In this document: positions 48,965 to 59,002 of the stretch, piece by piece | Layout: each line of letters starts with the position of its first letter | How positions within the stretch are numbered: the stretch's first letter is position 1 | From: Dehalococcoidia bacterium | GTDB taxonomy: Bacteria > Chloroflexota > Dehalococcoidia > Lucifugimonadales > UBA3495 | NCBI GenBank assembly: GCA_965203985.1 | Contig: CBDBDS010000006.1 | Span: 16,588 to 80,587, forward strand | DNA length: 64,000 bases | Direction of reading: 5' to 3' | The notes under the pieces: model-generated | Told to the model about the DNA's origin: nothing | Database searches by the model: none | What the model saw: only the letters and a program-made list of their open reading frames with translations | Made by a program: the position numbers and the translations under genes

Positions 48965-50317
48965 ATGGATTTCGCATCAAATCGCCGGCGACACAATTGG
49001 GATGCGGTATTTGAACTATTCGCACCGCGTGGTAGTCACCACGGTGTCGAAGTCAGGTTGGGCCTCGCTGATCTATTAGGTGCCGCCGTTCTCGGATCTA
49101 ACAGCCCACAGTGGGGACTTGATTCAAGGCATCCGACATGTATGTACCCCGTGCCTGACCCCGACCCGTTGGTCTTTCGTGAATGCGGGCGAGATGCTAC
49201 AAGGCGCAGCCACTCGATCAGCCGTGCTAGCAGCCTGAAAGCGTTGTGCTATGGAACGTCGGAAGCGAACCAAAACGTGTACAGGCCGTTTCCTAACGTT
49301 ACCGATTGGGCCGAATCGATGAGCAAACCGGGGAGTTTCGCTGGCAGTGCACTGCCGTCCGAACTGAATACTATCGATCCCCAACCAATCGGCACCGACC
49401 AAGCGTCGACCGGCAATTTTGCATGTGACTTCCACGATGGGAGTATGTATTTCGGCAAAGCAGACGCCTTCAAATTTCGGGATCATCAGTCTGCCCGCGT
49501 CATTCACGAAGGACAGCCACTGGTGAAGTTCAATGACATTGACGATGTGCTATTCATGCTGTTAGCTCGCACATTTTTTTGGCAGTCGGCTGTGGTACGT
49601 GGGGTACGATCCGCGTTGTCGTTCTTCGAGGCCGTCTTCGCTGGGAGATGCACTGGTTGTCGGCAACGTTTTTTGGCGACCAGAGTAATCAAAGAAAGCA
49701 AAAGATTCAACGAACAAGACCGGCGGGACGTAGCGAAGTGGTTGGCCCTTTGCGACGGTGACGGATGTCTACTCGCCGGAAATACCGTCTGGCAAGACAC
49801 AGTATTACGTGTCGCGACCGTTGCTTTCAGTTCCCGTGCTCGTGACTATTCCGCGTACGCGTTGCTGTTCCGACAACGGATGCTCAATGCCGGCGAATTC
49901 CAATTGACGCATCACATCGTCCCGTTCAAACCTGTCTTGCCCTTCGCATCTGCCGAGGTGAACTTTCTTCCGCGTGTGTCTACCAGGGGACACTTGGGCG
50001 AAGTGCCCGCTTTGTTCGTGCATATCTTCTGCTCCCAGAATCACGGGGTAGCGCTCTTTTCGCATCCAAGCCAATTTTTGAAGCGTCTACAGCCAATCAT
50101 TGATGAGAAAGCAGGAAAATTCCAACGTGGCCGCCATGGAGTTTACGTCGAGATCCTATCCACAAGCTTTAACGCTTATGTTGCTCGTGACGCGTATGAC
50201 GCCCCGGAGAACGCGCAACTCCGACAGAAAATCCAAAGTGCTATCGTTGCTGATTTTGTCGACCAGATGGCAGGTGGATTGGCAACTGCTGCAAAGACCT
50301 TCACGGATCGGCGATGA
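48965..50317 (+). CDS. hypothetical protein (orphan, lower-GC)
   Basis: 450-aa ORF in a visibly lower-GC stretch between IS21 and the IS5/IS1182 copy. No family recognised. The start is uncertain (internal Met candidates). Confidence 0.6.
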   Translation: MDFASNRRRHNWDAVFELFAPRGSHHGVEVRLGLADLLGAAVLGSNSPQWGLDSRHPTCMYPVPDPDPLVFRECGRDATRRSHSISRASSLKALCYGTSEANQNVYRPFPNVTDWAESMSKPGSFAGSALPSELNTIDPQPIGTDQASTGNFACDFHDGSMYFGKADAFKFRDHQSARVIHEGQPLVKFNDIDDVLFMLLARTFFWQSAVVRGVRSALSFFEAVFAGRCTGCRQRFLATRVIKESKRFNEQDRRDVAKWLALCDGDGCLLAGNTVWQDTVLRVATVAFSSRARDYSAYALLFRQRMLNAGEFQLTHHIVPFKPVLPFASAEVNFLPRVSTRGHLGEVPALFVHIFCSQNHGVALFSHPSQFLKRLQPIIDEKAGKFQRGRHGVYVEILSTSFNAYVARDAYDAPENAQLRQKIQSAIVADFVDQMAGGLATAAKTFTDRR

Positions 50318-50631
50318 GTATCTGTATCGGGGATTTCATGCCCGCCGCGGTCCACGCTGCCCCCGACCAATCGGCAATTGCGCTCTGCCGCGACCTGTTT
50401 CCCGATTCGCACGCGGAGTGCGTCATTCTCTACGGCTCCCGCACCGTGAGCGGCTGGGACCAGCTGTCCCACACCGGCTGTACTCGACGCAATCGCGGTG
50501 GGTATACGGCAACTCAAGATCAATTGGCGTGGTTCCGGCCTTCACCGCGAGACATACTCGAGCGGATTTGGAAGGAATTCGCAGGTAATCTCTGCGACAT
50601 TTGGAGGACACACAAGCCGGGCCCGTCCTAG
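50314..50631 (+). CDS. hypothetical protein, apparently truncated by the IS5/IS1182 insertion
   Basis: The start overlaps the upstream stop (ATGA). The stop codon TAG lies inside the IS left inverted repeat. ECVILYGSR is faintly nucleotidyltransferase-like. Confidence 0.35.
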   Translation: MSICIGDFMPAAVHAAPDQSAIALCRDLFPDSHAECVILYGSRTVSGWDQLSHTGCTRRNRGGYTATQDQLAWFRPSPRDILERIWKEFAGNLCDIWRTHKPGPS

Positions 50632-52510
50632 AAATTAGGCCGGAAACCCCGGGTGACGAAGGCGGTGGTTATACTCCGGGCCATCTGAGATAGTGGAGCG
50701 ATGCGGGACCATGCTGGGCGAGCGATACGAGCAGAGGGGGCATTGGGAAGCGGACCAGTTGTACCTGGACCTGGTGGGCCGAGACACCTTCTATGGGCTG
50801 CTGGCGTCATTGCGGGACCAGCTGTTCCGCGACGCCGATTTCGGTGAGCTGTACTGCTTGGACAATGGCCGGGTCAGCGTGCCGCCGAGCCTGCTGGCCA
50901 CGGCGCTGCTGTTGCAGACCCACGACAAGGTGAGCGATGCGGAGGCCCGGGCCGACTTCGACATCCGGTGGAAGGTGGCGTTGGGGATTGAGATCGAGGA
51001 TCGTCCCTTTGCCAAGAGCACGCTGCAGGTGTTCCGCGCCCAGTTGATCCTGCACGACAAGGTGAGTGAGGTGTTCGAGCAGAGCCTGCGGCTGGCTCGG
51101 GAGGCGGGCTACCTGAAGGGAAAGCGTGGGATGCGGGTGGCGATGGGCACGACGTACATCCTGGGTCGTGGTGCGGTGAAGGACACCTACAATCTTCTGG
51201 CCGACGGCATCGTGATGCTGATGCGGGCGCTGTCGGCAGTGGAGGGTGTGCCGGTGCGGCGCTGGGCCGAAGCCCACGGTTACCAACGCTACGTGGGCTC
51301 CAGCGTAAAGGGTGAAGCGGCCATTGACTGGTCCAACCGTCGGGCGCGGCGGAGGCTTTTGGGACAGATTGTGGCGGATGCCGACCGGCTTCTGGAGTTG
51401 GCTCGGCGGTCCCAAGATGGACTGCCCGCCGACAGCAGTGAGCGGCAAGCCATAGTTGAGGCGGCGGAGTTGCTGGGCCAATTGCTGCTCCAGGACGTGA
51501 AGCGTGGTGGGGACGGCGCTGGTGATGATGCCAATGCTGACGGCGGCGAGGGAGTGAGCCTGAAAGAGGGAGTTAGCAAGGACCGGATGGTGTCGGTGCA
51601 TGATCCTGAAATGCGCCACGGCCACAAGAGCAAGCGCAAGCGCTTCGACGGGCACAAGGCGGCGGTGGTTGTAGACACCGACAGTCAATTGATCACCGCG
51701 GTGGACGTGCTGCCGGGCAACGCTGCCGACAATCTGGGGGCGCTGGAGTTGGTGGAACAGAGCGAGGCCAGCGCCGATGTGGCGGTGGTGGAAGCCATGG
51801 GGGACACCGCCTATGGCGACGGCGGCACCCGCCAGGCTTTCGCCGACGCCGGGCGCAAGCTGGTGGCCCGAGTGCCGGGTCGTCCCAACCGGAAGTGTTT
51901 CCCCAAGGATGACTTCGGCATCGACCTGGTGGCGGGAAGCTGTACCTGTCCGGCGGGTCAGATCACCCGCACCATTGTGCCAGCGGGGAAACGCACCGAC
52001 AGTACTGGGACGGTGCATCGGCTGCAAGCCTTCCGGTTCGACGGCGCGGTGTGCCAGGACTGTCTGTTGCGGTCCCGATGCTTTGCGGCCAAAGGCATGC
52101 AGGGACGGCAGGTGCTGATCCACCCGCAGGAGGCCTTGCTGCAAGAAGCCCGGGCGTTGCAGCAGAGCGCCGACTACGATCAGTACCGGCAACTACGGGT
52201 GGTGGCCGAGCATCGACTGGCTCGACTGGAGCAATTGGGCATCCGGCAAGCGCGCTACTTCGGACGGGTCAAGACCAAGTTCTAGTTGTACCTGGCGGCC
52301 ACGATGGCTAACTTGACCCTGCTGGCGAACCAAACCGGTGTGGTCGGTGATTCTGGCGACAACCCCGACGGCGTCGTCACCACCGCTGAAATTGGCGGCG
52401 AACACGGCTTGGACGGCCACTTTCTGCCAGCCTGGATGCAGGCTTGGCTCAGGTCGCCAACTCTGGCGCTATCGCTCTTCCCAACCAAGGCTTTCCGGCC
52501 CGCTTTCTAG
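50628..52510 (+). mobile_element. IS5/IS1182-family insertion sequence (1883 bp)
   Basis: Imperfect inverted repeats: CTAGAAATTAGGCCGGAAAC at the left, and the reverse complement of GGCTTTCCGGCCCGCTTTCTAG at the right. Single transposase gene. Confidence 0.8.
50693..52285 (+). CDS. IS5/IS1182-family transposase (DUF772-like N-terminus + DDE), premature TAG near the C-terminus
   Basis: LLATALLLQTHDKVSDAEA...RWKVALGI...STLQVFRAQL, HKAAVVVDTDSQLITAVDVLPGNAAD, AMGDTAYG. The TAG at 52283-52285 corresponds to CAG in the paralogous remnant (33310 region). The frame continues coding-like to 52510. Confidence 0.85.
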   Translation: MERCGTMLGERYEQRGHWEADQLYLDLVGRDTFYGLLASLRDQLFRDADFGELYCLDNGRVSVPPSLLATALLLQTHDKVSDAEARADFDIRWKVALGIEIEDRPFAKSTLQVFRAQLILHDKVSEVFEQSLRLAREAGYLKGKRGMRVAMGTTYILGRGAVKDTYNLLADGIVMLMRALSAVEGVPVRRWAEAHGYQRYVGSSVKGEAAIDWSNRRARRRLLGQIVADADRLLELARRSQDGLPADSSERQAIVEAAELLGQLLLQDVKRGGDGAGDDANADGGEGVSLKEGVSKDRMVSVHDPEMRHGHKSKRKRFDGHKAAVVVDTDSQLITAVDVLPGNAADNLGALELVEQSEASADVAVVEAMGDTAYGDGGTRQAFADAGRKLVARVPGRPNRKCFPKDDFGIDLVAGSCTCPAGQITRTIVPAGKRTDSTGTVHRLQAFRFDGAVCQDCLLRSRCFAAKGMQGRQVLIHPQEALLQEARALQQSADYDQYRQLRVVAEHRLARLEQLGIRQARYFGRVKTKF

Positions 52511-52557
52511 GGATCAATGGATGTGGATCGCTGTGGCGACTTTGCAGGTGACCGACG

Positions 52558-53205
52558 TCATACCCGCCTGTGGTGCTTCTTGCGGGGCCAAAGTTGGGGA
52601 AGGGTGCCACTCATTAGAGCTAAACCGATTCCGAGGTAAAAGCTCGACCAATCTTGGAGACCGACTACAGTGCCGCATAGAGCGTATGCATGGCGGCTAG
52701 ATTCAACGCAGAAATTGGCCAGCGATCCCGGGAACACGTAAATGACAAAACTACAGAGTGCTATTAAGCCAACCGCTTTGGGCCTTAATGCCCTGCTCCA
52801 GACGCTGGTAACAAATCCCATCAACAAGCCGGCGAATCCGATGAAGGACTCGTAGAATGGATCGGGTCTGACCCATTGAGCAACAACCAGCATGACTATA
52901 CTGACGAAGAATAATCCCAGTAGGAGCAGATCCCCATAACGACGAAATTTGCACCCGATTTTTTCCCACAGGATAGGTAAAAAAACAGTGTGGAAATGGA
53001 CCCAGAACCAAACGAATGCGTTCCCGTGTGGCGGGCAGGGCATCCAATGAATCGAGAGTATCAGATAAGCTGATACGGCCGCCGAAAATATCAGCATGGC
53101 CCATGCCACGGGCAGCGCGAAGGCTTCCACCAACCAGCAAACGGCCGCGATCCAAATCCCGGCGGCAAACAGCGTCAGGATATACAACCTAATGACGATT
53201 TTCAT
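52558..53205 (-). CDS. polytopic membrane protein (hypothetical)
   Basis: 215-aa ORF with about 6 hydrophobic segments, in a lower-GC patch. Confidence 0.6.
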   Translation of the reverse strand: MKIVIRLYILTLFAAGIWIAAVCWLVEAFALPVAWAMLIFSAAVSAYLILSIHWMPCPPHGNAFVWFWVHFHTVFLPILWEKIGCKFRRYGDLLLLGLFFVSIVMLVVAQWVRPDPFYESFIGFAGLLMGFVTSVWSRALRPKAVGLIALCSFVIYVFPGSLANFCVESSRHAYALCGTVVGLQDWSSFYLGIGLALMSGTLPQLWPRKKHHRRV

Positions 53206-53337
53206 CGAAGCACTATACCAAAAGCGCTGATGGCTTCCGCAGCACGACGAGTGGGCCCAAGGCCGTGGCTACCTCACCTCCGCCGAAGACCTCGCTTCCC
53301 AGACCCTGCCGTCCAGCAACATCCCGGAGGTAGTAGC

Positions 53338-53640
53338 ATGGACAACATCAACAAGGATGACGCTTATCGGTGCCGTTTGATTTTGCGGGATGTCTCCACA
53401 GAATTAGAGCATATCGTCCTGCAAAATCAAACGGCACCTCACGGCGCTGTGCGAAGCCGCAGGCCGGCTTTTCAGTGGCCGGGCTGCCACGCGCCCGCAC
53501 ACGCCGTCAGCAACAATGTCAGGGCCGCATATCGGTCAAGGATTAGTACAATGGCCGCCATCAAGCGTCTCGCCCCGGCGGAAGTGCAGCGCATGACGGA
53601 AAATCGGCGCCGATTCAATTGCCGACGTGACCGCTGCTGA
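53338..53640 (+). CDS. hypothetical protein
   Basis: Internal ATG of ORF 53230..53640 (MDNINKDDAYRCRLILRD...). No family recognised. Confidence 0.3.
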   Translation: MDNINKDDAYRCRLILRDVSTELEHIVLQNQTAPHGAVRSRRPAFQWPGCHAPAHAVSNNVRAAYRSRISTMAAIKRLAPAEVQRMTENRRRFNCRRDRC

Positions 53641-53730
53641 GATATATTCGCGGCATCATCGCGCCGGTGTCCCGATTATTGATATGGAGTCCGAGGCGGA
53701 CCGCGGCGGACCGCGTCACGCGAAAGGAGA

Positions 53731-54228
53731 ATGATCCAGGTGGCGTCTCGCTGCATCATTGGCAAGGTTAACGGGCAAGGGAACGGCAAAGCGATCCTCT
53801 GCGCCCGCGGCTGTTACCCGGACGAAACCGGAGCCGCTCTGCTGGGGCGTTACTCCGACGAGCCCCTGATCGACGAACTCATAGCATTGGGGTCCATCGT
53901 GTGGTTGGAAGCCGAACCGAAGGAATGCGAAGCCTATCACCGGGATCGCGGCTACCCTTGGGAACACTGCCGGCCTTACTTGTTCCAGGGCGGCACGGAA
54001 GCATTCTTCAGCGAATACTGGGGACCGGGCCCCGAGTGGCTGTACGTCTGGACTCCCGACGGCTGGCTGGCCAGTCCGGCGATGGCGGGAAAACCGCCGC
54101 AGCGCTATTTTGAAGATGGAGGCAATCTCGGCGATCCGTCTTGGATTGAGTGGATCAGCAGAACGCGAGAGGCGCAGCGGGCGCGTCCGCTGTATTCGGT
54201 AGTGGCCGATTCCCAACGGGCGTCATAG
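53731..54228 (+). CDS. hypothetical protein
   Basis: 165-aa ORF preceded by AAAGGAG (the GTG at 53740 is better spaced). No family recognised. Confidence 0.5.
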   Translation: MIQVASRCIIGKVNGQGNGKAILCARGCYPDETGAALLGRYSDEPLIDELIALGSIVWLEAEPKECEAYHRDRGYPWEHCRPYLFQGGTEAFFSEYWGPGPEWLYVWTPDGWLASPAMAGKPPQRYFEDGGNLGDPSWIEWISRTREAQRARPLYSVVADSQRAS

Positions 54229-54407
54229 CCGAGAGGGGCCGCTGGACCAACGTCGCGGCGTCGGTTCTGAGCGGCAATATCGCCAGGCGGCGCGAAACCC
54301 TGCCTGAAAGACGGGGTTTGAGCGATTGGCCAGGGCGGGGATTATCCTGACTGGTTCGGTTAATCTCTTTGTGGCATCCCAACGGCACTTTCTACGCTCC
54401 GCCGATG

Positions 54408-57400
54408 CTATCGCCAGTCCCGCCAGCCGTGGCGGTAATCGAGGTCCAGCGCCAGCGGCCAGGCCGTTTGAACCGCCACGTTGAGGGTGTCGTCGCGACG
54501 GGACACCCGACCCTCCACCACGACGAGGGAACGGCGCAGCGCGCCCTTGAGCCGTTCCCACTGGGCCGGCCAAACGGCCAGGGGTATCAGCCCGTACTCG
54601 TCCTCCAGAGTCAGGAACACCGCGGCTGCCAGGGGCCGCTGACGCCTGACCACCCGGCCGGCCATGTGCGCCACGTCGCCGTCGCGACAGCTCAGCAGGC
54701 CGTCGCTGGTCAGCACGTCTGATCCCAACTGGGGACGCACCAGCTCCATCACGTGGCCGTCGGGACACAGGCCCAGCATGGCGTATTCGTCCAGCATCCT
54801 CTGAGCTTGGGAGGCCCCGGTTAGAGCAGGCGGAGGATTGGCGGCGGGCAGGGGCAGAGCCAGTTGCCCGCGTCGCACGCCGGACACGTAGCCGGCGCCC
54901 ACCTGCCACAGGACGCTGCGACGGTCGCTGCAGTGGGGCAGCGAGTCCATGGCGCCGGCGCGGGCCAGGTTCTCCAGCGCCTGTCGCGGCAAACCCGACC
55001 GCGCCAGCAGGTCCGACAAATCGGCAAACGGGCCGGCCTCCCGCGCCCGCAGGAGCGTCTCACCCAAGCGATTGTCCACGCCCTTGACGAAGGTCAGCCC
55101 CCGGGCGCAGGGTGTCGTCGCCCTCGGCGGTGCAGAGCAGCTCGGACAAGTTCACGTCGGGATGGGCCACCCGCAGGCCCAACCGGCGGGCGTCCTGCTT
55201 GAGCGTATCGAGGTCCCAGAAGCCCATGGGCTGCTCGTTGAACAGGGCCACGAAGAACTCCAGCGGGTGATACCTCCGCAGCCACGCCATCTGGTAGGCG
55301 GTGAAGGCGAATGCCACGGCGTGGCCCTCGGGAAACATGTAGTGCGGGTTGAACTTGCCGAAGATGACATCGGCGACCTTTTCCGAGACGCCACGCGCGG
55401 CAGCGCCGGCGACGAACCGCTCCCGGTACTGGGCCACCAGCCGCTGTCCGTCGCGACGGCCGAAGGCGCGGCGCATCCGGTCGGCCTCGGCGGCGGTGAA
55501 GCCGCCCACGTCCATGCCCAGCTGCACCACCTGGTCCTGGAACATGATCACCCCCAGGGACCGCTCCAACGCGTTTCGCTCCAGGGGATGGTCGTAGTCC
55601 CAGGCCATGCCCTCCCGGCGCCGCAGGAACTCGGCCACACCGTCGTTGGCGCCCACGCCGGGACGCACGGCGGCCACCTCCAGCGCCAGGTCGTAGATGT
55701 CCTCCGGCCGCATCCGCACGATGGTCTGCATCTGGGCGGCGGACTCCACTTGGAAGACGCCCACGGTGTCGCCCCGTCCCAGGTCGGCGAACACCTCCGG
55801 ATCCCGGTAATTGATGCGGCTCAGGTCGGGCTCGACGCCGGAGCGGTCTCTGACCAGCCGGACGGCCTGCTGCATCTGAGAGAGGGCGCCCAACGCCAGC
55901 AGATCAATCTTGAGCACGCCGGCGTCGTCAATGCTGTCCTTATCCCAGTGGGCCACGTAGCGGCCGCCGATGGCCGAAGGTTGGATGGGCATCAGGTCGG
56001 TGAGGGCCGTGGACGAAACCAGCATCCCGCCGGGGTGCTGGGCCAACCCCTTGGGAAAGCCGGCCAGTTGTTCCGACAGGGTGAGCAGATCACGCCAGCC
56101 GGGCCGGTCGCAACGGGCCAGCAGGGTGGGCGAGGCGGACAGCTCCGCCGGGGAATCGGTTTCCAGACCTCGGGCCAGGGCGCCCACCTCGTCGGCGGGC
56201 AGGCCCAGAGCCTTGCCCAGGTCGCGCACGATGCCCCGGGCCTTGTAGGTGGGCATCATCCCGGCCAGGGCGGCGTGGTCCCAGCCCCACTCCTCGATGA
56301 TGCGCAGGATGAGCCGCTCCCGGATGTTGCGGGGGAAGTCCAGGTCGATGTCGGGAACGACGGCGGTTTCGGAGGACAGGAAGCGGTCCAGGGCGAGGCC
56401 GTACTCCACCGGGTCAACGTGGGAGAGGCCGATGAGGTAGCCCACCAGCATGGACACCGAGGAACCACGGCCCCGCCCCGGCGGCAGCCATTCCAGGGGA
56501 GTTTCCGTGTGGCCGTAGCCCAGCTCCAGCATGCACTCGCGAGCCAGCTCCACGATGCGGTGATAGACCAGGAAGAATCCGGCCAGTCCGTGTCGGCCGA
56601 TCAGGTCGAACTCCTGGTCCAGCCGCTCCTGAACCTTCCGGTCAACCCGCGCGTAGCGCCGGGCCGCCGGCTCCTCGCACAGACGACGCAGCCAGGAATG
56701 GGCGTCATAGCCCGGCGGAACCGGACAGTCGGGGTAGGCGTAACGGCCGGCCAGGTAGTCGGGCAGGCTGAAGCCGGAGCAGCGTTCGGCGATGGCGTGG
56801 GTGTTGGCAACGGCGTCGGGATGGCTACGGAACAGGGCCGCCATCTCCTGTGGGGACTTCAGCCAATACTGGCGGTTCACCTTCAGACTTTCCCGCGCGT
56901 CGGACAACGAACGGTTGAGACGGACTGCGGTCAGCGCGTCATGCAAGCGGCTCCGCTCCCGACCGTGGTACCACGGTTCGTTGGTGGCGACGGTTGCCAC
57001 ATCGCAACGCCCTGCCAGTTCGCTCAGCCGCTTGTTGCGCGCGGTGTCGCCGTAGGCCAGGTGCTGCTGCAATTCCAGAAAGACCTGAGCACGCCCAAAC
57101 TGGCCACAGTAACGCTCCACCCGGGCTTGTGCCGGCGCCCACTCGCCATCCTGAACCAGCCGCGCCAGTATGCTATCCGGCGCACCCAGCAGGACGAGCA
57201 GGCCGTCGGCGTGGGATTCCATGAAACGGGCGTCCAGAACAGGCTCGGTTCGACCGCCGGTCACGTGGGCCAGGGACACCAGCCGACACAGGTTGGCGTA
57301 GTCCTCTCCCGTCTCGGCGATGAGGGAAACGATGCCGTCGCCCTCCGGGTCGCGCACGGTCAGATCAACGCCCAGGATGGGCTGAACCCCGGCGTCCCGG

Positions 57401-57573
57401 CACTGCCGGCTGAACTCCAACGCTCCGCAAAGATTGAATGCGTCGGTCAAGCCCAGAGCCGGGTATTCCAGCCCGGCGGCCTGCTGCACCATTTGGGCAA
57501 CGGAAGACGCCCCGGCGCCGAAGCTGTACCAACTGTGTCCCCGCAACTCCACGCAATCGGCAACGCGGGTCAC
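54408..57573 (-). pseudogene. dnaE2: error-prone DNA polymerase III alpha-like DnaE2 (ImuC), one frameshift
   Basis: N-terminal PHP domain (ELRGHSWYSFGAGASS...GLTDAFNLCGALEF) and polymerase core across 55060..57573. The C-terminal OB-fold part is in ORF 54408..55079. The frame change is at a C5 run (55096-55100). Confidence 0.9.
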
Positions 57574-57574
57574 G

Positions 57575-59002
57575 TCAGTAACCCTGCCGGAACCAATCGC
57601 CGGTGTCCAGATCGCGGTAAACCGTCAGCAGACCGCCGTCGGTGAGAGCCAGTCGCCAGTAGCGCCGGTTCACCGGCTCCGGCGTCCAACACTCGGTGTC
57701 CACCTCCCACCGGTCAACCACCTGTTCCACCGGCCGCCAATATCTATCACCTGTCTTGACCCGTCGGGGAGCGCCGCCCACGGGCTCAACGGACGCTTTG
57801 GCCGGCACATTCAGTGGCCGCAGCGATGCGTCCAATGCCCACCGTCGCTCCGGCAGCGCGGATCCTGGAACCATGGCCGCCAGCCGCTCCACTCCGGCCA
57901 CGTCACCGATGTTCGCCACCCGCTCGCGCTGCCAGATGGTGGCCTGGCGCCCGGTTTCGGCGGTGAGGTCACCGACGGTCAGCGACAGGTCCAGAAGAGG
58001 AGCATCGGGCCAGCGACTGCCGCCGGTGCTGTCCCGAGCGCCCAAGCCGGCCAGCAGGGCGCGGGCCAGGGCTTCCGCTGACCTGGCCGGCTGTCGCAGC
58101 GTGCGCTCAAACCGCCAGTGCCCGCCGGAGAGCAGTTCCCCTTGAAGAGTTGTTTCACCCACGCGGCGCGCTCGCAACGATGCCGAGCGCCACAACCGTT
58201 CCGTCAGCGAGTTCACGCCGGCCTCGATTGCCGGAACCGTGTCCACCGGGAAGGGGAACTCCAGCCGCTCCGAGAGCCGTTCCGGCAACGGAGTGGCAAT
58301 CACGGGTTCTGGGTCGATGCCCCGGGCCAATCGCCACACCCTTGTACCTTCCGGCCCCATGAACTCCGCCAACGACGAGGCGAGCGGATTGGCCACGTCG
58401 CCCAGGGTATGGACGCCGAAATTCTGCAAACGTTCTATGGCGTCGCCGCCAAGAGGCAACCATGACGTTGGCAAAGGCGTCAGCCAGCGGGCCGCGTCGG
58501 CAGGAACTTCCTTCCACCCCTCGGCCTCCGCCCGTGCCGCTGCGCAGTAGGCGGGAAACTTGCCCATCCCGACGCCCAAGCGGGGACGCAGCCACTCTTC
58601 ACCCGCTGACAGCAGTGCTTGGACCAGCCCGTCCGTCCCGCCGTATATACCGGCCATGCCCGTCAGGTCCAGGTAGAACACGCCCCAGCCGGACGCTTCA
58701 ACCGTGGGAACCACGTCCCACAGTGCCGCCAAAAGTGCATTGTTGACCTCGGACAGATACCCGGCGTCCACCGGCGGCGTGACGGCGCCAGCGCAGCGGG
58801 ATAGAGCTGCCGCGACGCTCTGCCCGGCGGCTACGCCGGCTGCCTCGGCGGAAGCGTCCCGCACGACCGGGCGCTTGTTCCCGCAGGTGGTGATGATCAA
58901 AGGCCGGCCAGCCAGTTCCGGTCGGCGTTGCAGCTCAGCCTTGACCGGCAGGTGGGTGACCAGCAGGCAGCCCGTGATCCTGGAACTCTCGCAGAATTTC
59001 AT
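57575..59002 (-). CDS. imuB: ImuB-like Y-family polymerase homologue
   Basis: LLVTHLPVKAELQRRPELAGRPLIITT...VRDASAEAAGVAAGQSV... with the typical ImuB layout. Its stop lies 1 nt from the dnaE2 start. The ATG at 59002 is preferred. Confidence 0.8.
   Translation of the reverse strand: MKFCESSRITGCLLVTHLPVKAELQRRPELAGRPLIITTCGNKRPVVRDASAEAAGVAAGQSVAAALSRCAGAVTPPVDAGYLSEVNNALLAALWDVVPTVEASGWGVFYLDLTGMAGIYGGTDGLVQALLSAGEEWLRPRLGVGMGKFPAYCAAARAEAEGWKEVPADAARWLTPLPTSWLPLGGDAIERLQNFGVHTLGDVANPLASSLAEFMGPEGTRVWRLARGIDPEPVIATPLPERLSERLEFPFPVDTVPAIEAGVNSLTERLWRSASLRARRVGETTLQGELLSGGHWRFERTLRQPARSAEALARALLAGLGARDSTGGSRWPDAPLLDLSLTVGDLTAETGRQATIWQRERVANIGDVAGVERLAAMVPGSALPERRWALDASLRPLNVPAKASVEPVGGAPRRVKTGDRYWRPVEQVVDRWEVDTECWTPEPVNRRYWRLALTDGGLLTVYRDLDTGDWFRQGY

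Noticed and set aside
50807-52192. 461-aa minus-strand ORF
   Set aside because: It is antisense to the IS5/IS1182 transposase, which has the recognisable domains.
54949-57645. 898-aa plus-strand ORF
   Set aside because: It is antisense to dnaE2. The composition is low-complexity and GC-driven.
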